From Balanoglossus misakiensis (lineage: Eukaryota > Animalia > Hemichordata), in NCBI GenBank assembly GCA_040954595.2, contig CM082585.2:1550318-1614317 (forward strand): a DNA stretch of 64,000 bases, in the 5' to 3' direction. The notes below the pieces were generated by a model. It was not told the origin of the DNA, did not search any database, and saw only the letters and a program-made list of their open reading frames with translations. Of the stretch, positions 36,359-47,507 are shown in pieces. Each line of letters opens with the position of its first letter. Positions within the stretch are counted from its first letter, which is position 1. The position numbers and the translations under genes were made by a program.

Positions 36359-36508
36359 TTTTACTGTGGCACTAGCAGAGAGGCGGACCGGGTTTGGCAG
36401 TGGTTGGGCCTGCAAGAGCCCCCAGTTCACGTAAATAAATAATGGCTCTTGCCTTCAGCTGCCAAACCTGTGTCCTTGGTTTGTGTGTTAGAGAGATCTC
36501 AAGTAATT

Positions 36509-36926
36509 TAGGTAACATTGCGATCAACGGCATAATGTTACCCAATTAAGCAACTCGAAAAGGGGCGCCCTCAACCTCAAACGAGCCTCAAAAATCCCAT
36601 AATCCATCACTCACGACCACTTCAAGGGTTCTGAGCGTGTCCTGCAATGCTCGCTCTCTCTGCCTCAATTTCCCCACCCGCCCGCCCTCAACAAATAAGA
36701 TGTGTATTTGCAGATTTACAGTGGTTCTCTGGTCAATACTGTACTTCACGATTGTAACCTTTTTCATCCATGTATTTTGCAATGGTCCTTTCATCATTGC
36801 GAGTTGTTATTCCCAGTTGTGTTGGGCCTGCAAGAGCACCCAGTTCACGTAAATAAATAATGGCTCTTGCCTTCAGCTGCCAAACCTGTGTCCTTGTTTT
36901 GTGTGTTAGAGAGATCTCAAATAATT
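36509..36926 (+). repeat. Terminal A2 (36509-36672), 148-bp unique spacer, B2 (36821-36926)
   Basis: A2 and B2 each differ from A1 and B1 at ~3 positions; satellite resumes at 36927. Confidence 0.9.
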
Positions 36927-39551
36927 GGGGAAAATCATTAAAAAATGACAAATTATCGACTTTGCAAAATCTCACAATTTCGTCGATTTTTGAAAACAAC
37001 CATTGGGGGAAAATCATCAAAAAATGACAAATTATCGACTTTGCAAAATCTCAACATTTCGTCGATTTTTGAAAAAAATCATGGGTGAAAATCATCAAAA
37101 AATGACAAATTTTCGACTTTGCAAAATCTCAAAATTTCGTCGATTTTGAAAAAAATCATAGGTTCGTCGATTTAAAAAAAAAAACATGGGTGAAAATCAT
37201 CAAAAAATGACAAATTTTCGACTTTGCAAAATCTCACAATTTCGTCGATTTTTGAAAAAAATCATGGGAGAAAATCATCAAAAAATGACAAATTTTCGAC
37301 TTTTGCAAAATCTCAACATTTCGTCGATTTTTGAAAAAAATCATAGGTGAAAATCATCAAAAAATGACAAATTTTTGACTGCAAAATCTCAACATTTCGT
37401 CGATTTTTGAAAAAAATCATGGATGAAAATCATCAAAAAATGACAAATTTTCGACTTTGCAAAATCTCAACATTTCGTCGATTTTTGAAAAAAATCATGG
37501 GTGAAAATCATCAAAAAATGACAAATTTTCGACTTTGCAAAAACTCAAAATTTCGTCAATTTTTGAAAAAATCATGGGTGAAAATCATCAAAAAATGACA
37601 AAATTTTCGACTTTGCAAAATCTCAAAATTTCGTCGATTTTGAAAAAAATCATAGGTTCGTCTTTTTTTTTAAAAAAAAACATGGATGAAAATCATCAAA
37701 AAATGACAAATTTTTGACTTTGCAAAATCTCACAATTTCGTCGATTTTTGAAAAAAATCATGGGTGAAAATCATCAAAAAATGACAAATTTTCGACTTTG
37801 CAAATTCTCAAAATTTCGTCGATTTTAAAAAAAAACATGGGGGAAAATCATCAAAAAATGACAAATTATCGACTTTGCAAAATCTCACAATTTCGTCGAT
37901 TTTTGAAAAAAATCATGGGTGAAAATCATCAAAAAATGACAAATTTTCGACTTTGCAAAATCTCAACATTTCGTCGATTTTTGAAAAAAATCATGGGTGA
38001 AAATCATCAAAAAATGACAAATTTTCGACTTTGCAAAATCTCAAAATTTCGTCCATTTTTGAAAAAAAATCATGGGTAAAAATCATCAAAAAATGACAAA
38101 TTTTCGTCTATGCAAAATCTCAAAATTTCGTCGGTTTTTGAAAAATAATATGGTTGAAAATCATCAAAAAATGACAAAATTATCGACTTTGCAAAATCTC
38201 ACAATTTCGTCGATTTTTGAAAAAAATCATGGGTGAAAATCATCAAAAAATGACAAATTTTCGACTTTGCAAAATCTCAAAATTTCGTCGATTTAAAAAA
38301 AAATCATAGGTTCGTCGATTTAAAAAAAAACATGGGTGAAAATCATCAAAAAATGACAAATTTTCGACTTTGCAAAATCTCACAATTTCGTCGATTTTTG
38401 AAAAAAATCATGGGAGAAAATCATCAAAAAATGACAAATTTTCGACTTTGCAAAATCTCAACATTTCGTCGATTTTTGAAAAAAATCATTGGGGAAAATC
38501 ATCAAAAAATGACAAATTTTCGACTTTGCAAAATCTCAAAATTTCGTCGATTTTGAAAAAAAATCATAGGTTCGTCGTTTTTTTAAAAAAAAAACATGGG
38601 TGAAAATCATCAAAAAATGACAAATTTTTGACTTTGCAAAATCTCACAATTTCGTCGATTTTTTAAAAAAATCATGGGTGAAAATCATCAAAAAATGACA
38701 AATTTTCGACTTTGCAAAATCTCAAAATTTCGTCCATTTTAAAAAAAAAACATGGGGGAAAATCATCAAAAAATGACAAATTTTCGACTTTGCAAAATCT
38801 CAAAATTTCGTCGATTTTGAAAAAAACCATTGGGGGAAAATCATCAAATAATGACAAATTATCGACTTTGCAAAATCTCACAATTTCGTCGATTTTTGAA
38901 AAAAATCATGGGTGAAAATCATCAAAAAATTACAAATTTTCGACTTTGCAAAATCTCAACATTTCGTCGATTTTTGAAAAAAATCATGGGTGAAAATAAT
39001 CAAAAAATGACAAATTTTCGACTTTGCAAAATCTCAAAATTTCGTCCATTTAAAAAAAAAAACATGGGGGAAAATCATCAAAAAATGACAAATTTTCGAC
39101 TTTGCAAATTCTCAAAATTTCGTCGATTTTGAAAAAAACCATTGGGGGAAAATCAACAAAAAATGACAAATTATCGACTTTGCAAAATCTCACAATTTCG
39201 TCGATTTTTGAAAAAAATCATGGGTGAAAATCATCAAAAAATGACAAATTTTCGACTTTGCAAAATCTCAACATTTCGTCGATTTTTGAAAAAAATCATG
39301 GGTGAAAATCATCAAAAAATGACAAATTTTCGACTTTGCAAAATCTCAAAATTTCGTCCATTTTTGAAAAAAAATCATGGGTTAAAATCATCAAAAAATG
39401 ACAAATTTTCGTCTTTGCAAAATCTCAAAATTTCGTCCATTTTAAAAAAAAAACATGGGTGAAAATCATCAAAAAATGACAAATTTTCGACTGCAAAATT
39501 TCAAAATTTCGTCGGTTTTTGAAAAATAATATGGGTGAAAATCATCAAAAA
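36927..39551. repeat. 78-bp satellite, block 4
   Basis: Same monomer and orientation. Confidence 0.97.
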
Positions 39552-40285
39552 TAGCGTCAAGGACACTGTGGTCCCATTTAAACAGTGGAGTACGGAGATG
39601 AGGGGTGCCACAGTAGCAGAGGTAGGTAAGGCATCCAGTGTCTATTTTGCTGAATTGGGCAGCATACTGAAATTCAATGTTTAAGCACGAAAGAAGGGAG
39701 CAGGCAGTGTACGTTTTCCTGTAGTTTAATTATAAATCATGTAAAGTAATAAATATAACAATGGGAATGAGTTGTGTTGCATATAAATTGTTTTAAAGAA
39801 ATGAAATTGAATGACGCAATAAAAAATGTAATGGAAGCAGTAAAAAATGTCAAAGTAAATAAAGAGAACAGTAACAAGTATAAATTATGTTGAATGGTAC
39901 AAAATACTAAAGAAATGTTAAATATAAAATGTATCACTGAAGAACGTGTAAACTGAAATAAAAAAATCATTGAAAAAAATGTCTAATTAAATGAAGCAGT
40001 CAAAAATTGTCTAACCTAGGGGAAAAAAACAGTGAAAAATGTCAAATCAAGTGGAGAAATGTGAATGTCACATAAAAAAAGGCAAGAAAGAAAATGACAA
40101 ACTGAACAAATAACTAAAAGCATGTGAAATAAAAAGAATGTGTCACTAAAAAATGTCTTCAAGTGTAATAAAAAAAGCAGGGAAGGAAATGTTATAATGA
40201 ATGAATGGAGGGAGCGCTGGTAAAGTGTGTAATCGGGAAAGGGTTGTGGAATGGAGAGCAAATGAAGGCAGTACGTTGAAAAACA

Positions 40286-42740
40286 CTAGTTTTTGAAAGT
40301 GGTGATGGTGTTGGCAGAGTTGGCCTTAAATTGGAGCTCGCGTCCATCGCAGATGTCGGTGACGGCGTCCTGCAGTTGTTTCTGGGTGGTGTTGACGGGG
40401 TTAATGGAGAATTTTCTGAGTAAATACTTGGTCTCCTTTGGGTAGATCTTGTATGTGTCAAGGTCATCACCGGTTTGTATTAAGAGGGAAAGTATTGTGC
40501 CTGGTCTGCAGGATGGGCTTTTATTCTTTCTGCAGAAACGACATCTGAAAGAAATGAGAAATAGGCAATGTTGAAGTTGGTGGAATAAATATGTTGATTG
40601 CTGGCTGATGTGGAAAGGGTGTAACATGCAGTAATGTGGAAGAATATAAGTATTGAAGTAAAGTTGAATAAGGGATGTTACGGATGTCATGTGAATATTT
40701 AGTTGTAAGGAAGCCAATTGGATTGTTGGGATATAAGGAAGAGATGTTATTGAGTGGCTGTGCACTGGTAAATTTTTCCAGCGGAATGGCTTATGTCTGA
40801 AAATGGGACATTGCATGAAAAAACTGCTATGTATAGCTCAGCTGGTGTCTGCACACAAGGTATTGAGGGGCTGGTGGTAAGTGCGGATGAAGAGGAATTT
40901 TGGATTACCTGTTGCTGTCATTGAGAAATCCATTGCACCGAGGCGCATCTGCACATAAGAGAACTCTCTGTAGATTGGAGAGCCCTTGTAATGTCCCGGT
41001 TGTCCAGTTTGAGCTGTCATCGGAATACGCCGATAAGGTGTCTGTAGTGTTTTGGTGTGATAGGGTTTCATGAGCCTGAAATAGAATTAGGGAAAGATTA
41101 GATTACCTGCGTGTGTTTTTGATAAATGAAGCTGTGGTTCGTGTGTCTGGAAATGTAGATGCTGAATTGGATGTTTGAAGAACTGAATAATGACAACAGC
41201 GGATAATATATGTTGTCTACTATTATGTTGAATAATGTAGCTCTGAGGAAGAAGCTTTGATTGCAAAACAAAGTACTGAACGCATTTGGAAAAGTGGAAA
41301 CGAAAGTTTGGAATAGTATTGAAATGTTACTTGTGGATTCACTATATGTTGTCATGGGCAAAGAAAAAGAAATGTGAATATTGTAATGAATTGTTTGAGC
41401 AGGGAATACAGGAAAAACAGTGGACAGTTTCAGTATAGTCAAGTTGTTTGTAGTGAACATAATACCTGAAAACGAAAGGGGTGGTACCAGGACAATTTCC
41501 TGTTGGTATACACTGTATAGTGTATTGTATTGACTGATCAGTGAAGTACTTACCGATACTGATATTGTGGTGGATTGCCTGGATGTGAGGCGGTTGTTGA
41601 ACGAGGCAGCTTTCTTCACATTGGTAATAGTTATAACATCACCAGTGGTGAGCTCACACTTCGTAAGATCTCCCCATACGGTTAGTTTGTACACCCCTGA
41701 GCTGTCTCCAAGTCCAATAGTTCTGCGTGGTAATTTGCCGTACCGGGTGTGGGTGGCTTTGGTGTTTTGAACCTAAAAGACAGAAGAAGTAATAAACAAA
41801 TGGAAAACGGTAAAGAGTGTACCATGAGGTTTGTGAGATGAACGGTCGGGAAAAGGTGAGGTGGGGGTAGAAGTCAATAGGAAACGGACCTTTTCTACCC
41901 TTCGAGGTCGATAGGGAACGGACCCCTCTCCTGTGCATCGAGGGATCTTCACGACGTGGAATAGCATTGCATACGCGGTTGTTCGGTGTACGGTACGTGA
42001 CCAGCTGTGGTGAAGGTCGTGTAACGTCGGGAAAACGAAGACGGTCATTGTATATATGGGTAACAGAGGAGTGAATGAAGTCAATAAAGCGTAAGCGAAA
42101 TGTTCGTGATCTTGTGGAAAACACGACTACGTCAATTAAAGTAACGTGTTGGTGTTGATTTGTGGCAGAGTTTATTCGTGACAATGGAAGTGGGCGGGTA
42201 ATCCGATTACGTGAGATTGTTGTTGGCCGCGAAATATCTAGGGCGAAAATGGGTGAATTGTGAAATGAGTGAGCATTTTAAGTGTAAACTTACCCTTACT
42301 ACAGTTCCTGATATGTTGTGATAATTGGTGTTGTCGGCAATTGCTGCGGCCATAGTGACAACAGCAGCAGTGGGTGCTTGCTCTGTCATGCGACAGCGAA
42401 GTCCGTGAGCCTCGGTTGCGACACTTTCAGGAATGTTGAGGTCCACCCTATTAACAGCCAAGGTGGAGCCTTGGTTGATGGAAATCCCGTTGGAACGCAC
42501 GTAAATTTTCGGACCAAGAAATAGTGTACTTCCTTCATTTGCTCTCAATAAAGACAACGTGTCTTCTCTGGTTGACCAGATATACAGAGTGGTGGCAGCG
42601 GTGTGGTCTGCCACCACAGCCCGTTTAAATTTTTCGTTGGTCGAGGTATTTTCATAGTAGATTAGTTTAACTTGAGTGGTAACATCGTGGTAGGTGTTGG
42701 TCTCTTTCTGGCTTAATTCTTTTAGTGTTGATTTTGGCAT
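40286..42740 (-). CDS. Spliced RPA70-like ssDNA-binding protein (OB folds plus C4 zinc ribbon), 363 aa, carried by the Helentron
   Basis: Exons 42740-42294, 41772-41554, 41075-40909, 40544-40286, all GT-AG with matching phases (0,0,2), total 1092 nt; VVADHTA, LGDSSGVYKLTVWGD...GDVITITNV OB-fold-like motifs; CADAPRC...CRFC. Confidence 0.75.
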
Positions 42741-44079
42741 CTGTACGGAAGAAACAAAGGTGAAATTATAAGACTGTGGTTTCACGATCAGTGGTTGAAT
42801 GTACATGATGGTGGAAACTATATCATCAAGGGGAAAACGCCAAACGAAAGGATTAATAGATTGGCATGTAGTTGCCACAAATCAGACGTGAGGGTCTCAT
42901 CAGCGATCAGGTTTGCATTGAAAGTTTCAGAATGAAGAGTCTCTGGTAGTTGATGTTCAAATGAAATTACCAATTGTAATGTATCGAAGAATTCACACGG
43001 GTCACCAAAAACTTTGAAATGGGCGCAATGAGTGCTGTTAACTGGAGAACAGTAGTACAAGCGTATTGTTGAAAATGAGACACGGCGGATGTTTGCGCCA
43101 ATTGGCAAAACTTGTTCGTGTGTTGCGTCAGTTAACAGTTGCGAATGTGTGTACAGCTTTTTTGGGGGAAAACTGAACGACAGATTTTGTAATGTACGGA
43201 GAGCAGTGCATGGGCCGAGCTTTGCAGACGTAATTGTCTGGTTATGAATATTCCAAAGAGAGCCAATTGGCGTACCGATATTTTGTTGACGTTGAACGAA
43301 ACGACAGTGGGGTGGTAGGTCAAATGGTGGGGCTTTGAAATGTCCCGCGGTATTTGACCAATGGAGTTGGCTTTCACTGTAGATTAAGCACCCGTGAATT
43401 TTTCGTACACAGTGTGGCATAATGAACCAAAGCAAGGAAATAAAAAATAAAGTATAACTTACTGTGTGAGTGTGGTACTTGCGGTGAACTAGACTGTGTG
43501 GATATAGTCTGTGCGGCTTGTTGTTCTGGATGAAAAAGGTGGGAAAGTGTGGTACGATGACCGATGTGCGCTGGAAAGTTGAAAGCGACGCGATGTTGTA
43601 GTTTCAGGAGTCAGGGAGCGAATGCGGTGAGCTCGCAGAAGTGTATGAGTGGACTTTCCGAAGACGACGCGTGAAAAATTTAATAATTGACGGACACAAT
43701 GGATTTGCACCAATAGTAATACACAGAAATTGCCGACAAAGACAGTTTCGCAAAGGAACACGTGTGTATTGTTTACAAATATGACGTAACCGCCAGCGTG
43801 CAGATGAAAACAGAACGTGTTTACATGTTCAAAGCCAAGGAAGTCGATTGCTCCAGGGTTCTGAAAAACATTTCCGGTTGTGCATGACCGACAGGATGTT
43901 TGTTCGTAATCTGTCAATGTGATGAGATGTGTACCACATGTTAGCAATAAAATGGTGCCGTTTTGGTGTATAGGGGGAGATACCGATTATGTAAATAAAC
44001 TGGTAATGTGACAGGGCAGTTGTCATTGCAATGATGGACACAGTAATGTTGTTGTCAGGTTGTTTTCATTAAGTGTGAC

Positions 44080-44330
44080 AGCAGCATGTATAGTTTTGAC
44101 CAAATGTTTTTCAAGGTGCCACTTTTGATATGTGGTATATTGGCAAGTATAAGAACTAATGCAAAATGGTAGTCTGTTGTTTCTTCATTAAGTTGTTGAC
44201 ATTTCAAAGTACCCATTGCTGTGGGTGGGCAAAGATATGTCACCATTGAAATCCCCGATAATGAACACTGGTTTATTGACATAGATGAAATCTAGCAGTG
44301 GTGTACTGTCCTTTGTGAATGTTGTACGTT
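44080..44330 (-). pseudogene. Degenerate duplicate of the EEP endonuclease C-terminus
   Basis: KPVFIIGDFNGDISLP and CQQLNEETTDYHFALVLI in two frames mirror KPILIMGDFNFDILLP and CRQLIKEETTDQHSALDLI of the upstream ORF. Confidence 0.7.
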
Positions 44331-44504
44331 GGCATGTTGGTACTGACACTTGGTAATAATGGTTTGTGGTGTAGCAATAATTGCACATATTGACTCATAC
44401 ATGTATGTAATATGGGAAATAAGTGTATTTGAAATCTGCTGTTGTCATTTAATTCTTATGTGTTGTCTTTTATGATTATGTCTATAATCTAACACTGATT
44501 AATT

Positions 44505-47500
44505 TCAAGTGAATTGGCTGGGGTGAATGGCTGCATACACGGCCTTGTGATCAGACCATGAGTTTTCTATTGTGTCATAGGTAGTTGTGAAGAAGTTAAG
44601 AAAAATTAAGTCCAGAGCAGAATGCTGATCAGTTGTTTCTTCCTTTATTAGTTGCCGACAGTTACAAATTGATGTCATAAAGTGGAGGAAAGCAGTACTG
44701 GTATTAGGTAGTAGAATGTCAAAATTAAAGTCACCCATTATTAATATTGGTTTTGTCAAATCTAGTAGTGGCAGGAGATACTGTTGAAATTGTTGTTTGA
44801 ATGTGTGGATTGTGCACTGAGGGGATTTATAGATCATAATGATTTGAAGTAGTTTATTTTGAATTAGGATGTTGGCTTTTATAAATTCGAACACTTTTGT
44901 TGAATGGCACTTGATATGAATCACTTGATATGAATCTTTGACATACAATACAAGACCATGATAGGGTCTTGTGAAATTTACAGCAGTGTTGTCAATATGC
45001 ACATCTTGGTCATTCCTGAATAGTAGATAATTTGGGAGATTGTAGGCTTCATTGGTATCATTAGTTGTTAATCTGGATTCAGCAATTCCGATAACATCAG
45101 CAGCAATTATATTGTGGTCACTGCATAAATCTGCAAAATGTTTATGGAGTGATCTAGCGTTTTGATATACTACTTTGCAGTGGTCATGAGGGAGGGCATA
45201 TAATGGTTTGAAGCATAATTGAAGTTGGCTGTCATCACGGAGTCTTTTCATTTCATTGTGAACTGCTTCAGATATTGCGATTTTATTTTTATTCAACTCC
45301 AGTATCTGAAGTCCACTTATTGTACGCACTCTACTTATTGCGACATAATGTATATGGTCAATTTTTCTTGTACCCATATGGATTATTACCTTATCAAGTG
45401 TATCACCCTGAGATTTGTGAATAGTTTTTGCAGCAGACGGTCTAAGTGGAAATTGAATTCTCATGACAGATACATGTTTGTAATATTTACTGGTAGGAAA
45501 CTGGCGTTTAATGTCAAATATTGGAGTCAATTGTTTACCAATTTCTGGTTGATGCAAATGTTTGTATTTATGTCTTCTTAATAGACCAACATTTTTATCA
45601 TCAAATTGAACCCAAATTATACTGGGGCGGTTGTTTGATGTTCCTGTCATTCTGTGGTCTATTTGTTGCACTACACAACTGGCACCATTTGTCATACCAT
45701 CCTCAACATCAACATTGGCAGTGAGATCATATCGCAGTCCAACAGCTATAGGTGCTTGTGATAATAAACCGCATGTTTTGGATGGATCTTTTGGAATGGT
45801 CTTCAAAAGCTGTGCTTTCACTTGTTGTGAGACATCACCAATAACTGTGTCCAGTGCTGGTACAACAAGTTTATGGGATGTAGCATTTTGGTAAACTTTA
45901 TCATTATGTGACTCTACCATTGCATTGGTGGTGTATAAATGAGGAATGGACTCGTTGAGTGGTTGATCATGAGATATTACATAGTTTTGCAATTCAGAAA
46001 TATCTTCATCTGTGTGCCTCCCTTCTCTCAATCTATTCAATAGTTGAGCAAAGTCTTCATCATCTTTCTGTCTCATGATCTGTGTTAGTTCATGCATGGT
46101 GAAATGTTCTTTCCACAGATTAGTTGCTAATGGGCCATACTCTTTTGTTAGGTCTTTGAATATCCAGCCATCCATTACTGGTTTGAGTTGAAATAAATCA
46201 CCAACAGTTATCATTGAAACACCACCAAATACTTGATTGTTACCTTTTATTTGTTGAAGTCGGAGATTTATGAAATTTAAAAGCTCATGGCCTACCATGC
46301 TGATTTCATCAATGATTACAACTGATAAATGTTGATATTTACTTCGCAAAGTATTAAGTTTATCGCTATCCAGTGGTTTGTATTTATAACCTTGACTTGC
46401 AGGTACTTTGAAAGCTGCATGAATAGTACTACCATTGATATGATAGGCTGCTTTACCAGTTGGCGCACATAACAATAAACGACAGTCGAGTGGTGATTCA
46501 CCAGCAATTGAACACAGATAGCGATGTAATGCCTGATATATTGCTCGGATTACAACTGACTTTCCTGTACCAGCACCCCCTGTGATAAATATATGCATTG
46601 GATCATGATTTGTCTTGACTGATTTCAAAACATGATGAAATATTTCCCTTTGTTTTACATTGAGAGATCTCACAAGTTTGTGATATTGTTCATCAGGGAT
46701 ACGTCCTGGGACGTTGCTGGTGTCATCAGTGGTGACAGTCGTATTCATACCAATGTCAACACCTATATCATAAGTGGTATGTTCTGGTTGGTCATCAGGT
46801 TGAAAGTATATGAAATGATCATTTGGTGTAGTAGTTCCTTCTTCTAGATCATCTCTCTCAGCATGTTGCGTATTTGGAGCAATCTGATCAAATGCATTTA
46901 AATCATCATTATCAAGTTGCTCTGCAGCTGTAGTGGCTTGATCTATCAACTCTGAATTATGTTCATACTTATCTATGGTTTGTGCAATAATGTGTTTGTT
47001 ATGATTATAAGATTCTTGAAAGGTGGCACAACTGTTTAGAAGGTCAGAGCTTTCATTTCTCCATGGCATGTACAGCAACAATTTTTCACGACAGTAATTT
47101 TCATAGTCAACTTTCTTACTATAATTGACATAGCGTATTATACACGGATTTACACGTTCTTGTATTTTCATACCATTTTTGAGAATGATATTTATTTTAC
47201 TTGTCATATTGTCAGATTCTGAGTCCACACCTAAATCAGGGTCATCATGATCATCATCATTTATATCTTGTGGATAATTATCAGTGCATTTGGTTGAATA
47301 TGTGACTCTAAGTTTAGATGCATAATCTGCAAGACACCAATTTTCTAATGCTTTTGGCCGTCTAGCATAACGTTTGATTAGATTGTCACTTTCTATGTCA
47401 GTAGATTCTGCTGGTGTATTTTCAAGGGCAGTTTTGCTTTTGAGCAGGAATGTTCTTTGATCAGGTGGTGATGTGTTTATAAATACCACTTGTCTTGTAG

Positions 47501-47507
47501 CTTTAGT
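44505..47507 (-). CDS. Helentron PIF1-family helicase plus EEP/AP-like endonuclease (3' part of the RepHel ORF)
   Basis: ITGGAGTGKS, APTGKAA, IIDEISMV, GDLFQLKPV, QFPL...TIHKSQG, YVAISRV; then YQNARSL, IAESRL, GDFN, SDH. Confidence 0.95.
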   Translation of the reverse strand, partial: TKATRQVVFINTSPPDQRTFLLKSKTALENTPAESTDIESDNLIKRYARRPKALENWCLADYASKLRVTYSTKCTDNYPQDINDDDHDDPDLGVDSESDNMTSKINIILKNGMKIQERVNPCIIRYVNYSKKVDYENYCREKLLLYMPWRNESSDLLNSCATFQESYNHNKHIIAQTIDKYEHNSELIDQATTAAEQLDNDDLNAFDQIAPNTQHAERDDLEEGTTTPNDHFIYFQPDDQPEHTTYDIGVDIGMNTTVTTDDTSNVPGRIPDEQYHKLVRSLNVKQREIFHHVLKSVKTNHDPMHIFITGGAGTGKSVVIRAIYQALHRYLCSIAGESPLDCRLLLCAPTGKAAYHINGSTIHAAFKVPASQGYKYKPLDSDKLNTLRSKYQHLSVVIIDEISMVGHELLNFINLRLQQIKGNNQVFGGVSMITVGDLFQLKPVMDGWIFKDLTKEYGPLATNLWKEHFTMHELTQIMRQKDDEDFAQLLNRLREGRHTDEDISELQNYVISHDQPLNESIPHLYTTNAMVESHNDKVYQNATSHKLVVPALDTVIGDVSQQVKAQLLKTIPKDPSKTCGLLSQAPIAVGLRYDLTANVDVEDGMTNGASCVVQQIDHRMTGTSNNRPSIIWVQFDDKNVGLLRRHKYKHLHQPEIGKQLTPIFDIKRQFPTSKYYKHVSVMRIQFPLRPSAAKTIHKSQGDTLDKVIIHMGTRKIDHIHYVAISRVRTISGLQILELNKNKIAISEAVHNEMKRLRDDSQLQLCFKPLYALPHDHCKVVYQNARSLHKHFADLCSDHNIIAADVIGIAESRLTTNDTNEAYNLPNYLLFRNDQDVHIDNTAVNFTRPYHGLVLYVKDSYQVIHIKCHSTKVFEFIKANILIQNKLLQIIMIYKSPQCTIHTFKQQFQQYLLPLLDLTKPILIMGDFNFDILLPNTSTAFLHFMTSICNCRQLIKEETTDQHSALDLIFLNFFTTTYDTIENSWSDHKAVYAAIHPSQFT

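Larger units (their letters stand above)
18804..36926 (+). mobile_element. Ngaro-type tyrosine-recombinase retrotransposon (DIRS order), head-to-tail trimer
   Basis: Structure A-ORFs-B x3 then A-spacer-B (split direct repeats); units 18804-24460 (5657 bp), 24461-30851 (6391 bp), 30852-36508 (5657 bp); gag, RT/RNaseH and YR in the same orientation, no methyltransferase domain seen; no target-site duplication (satellite catg|ggggaaaatc). Confidence 0.93.

Noticed and set aside
18804-36926. LTR retrotransposon or prophage/integron interpretation
   Set aside because: No DDE integrase, protease or TG..CA LTR/TSD; RT-RNaseH plus YR with split direct repeats fits DIRS-order Ngaro
41654-43947. Other minus-strand ORFs of 100-200 aa (41654-42184, 42818-43435, 43489-43947)
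   Set aside because: Fall in predicted introns or UTR of the RPA-like gene; no recognisable motifs
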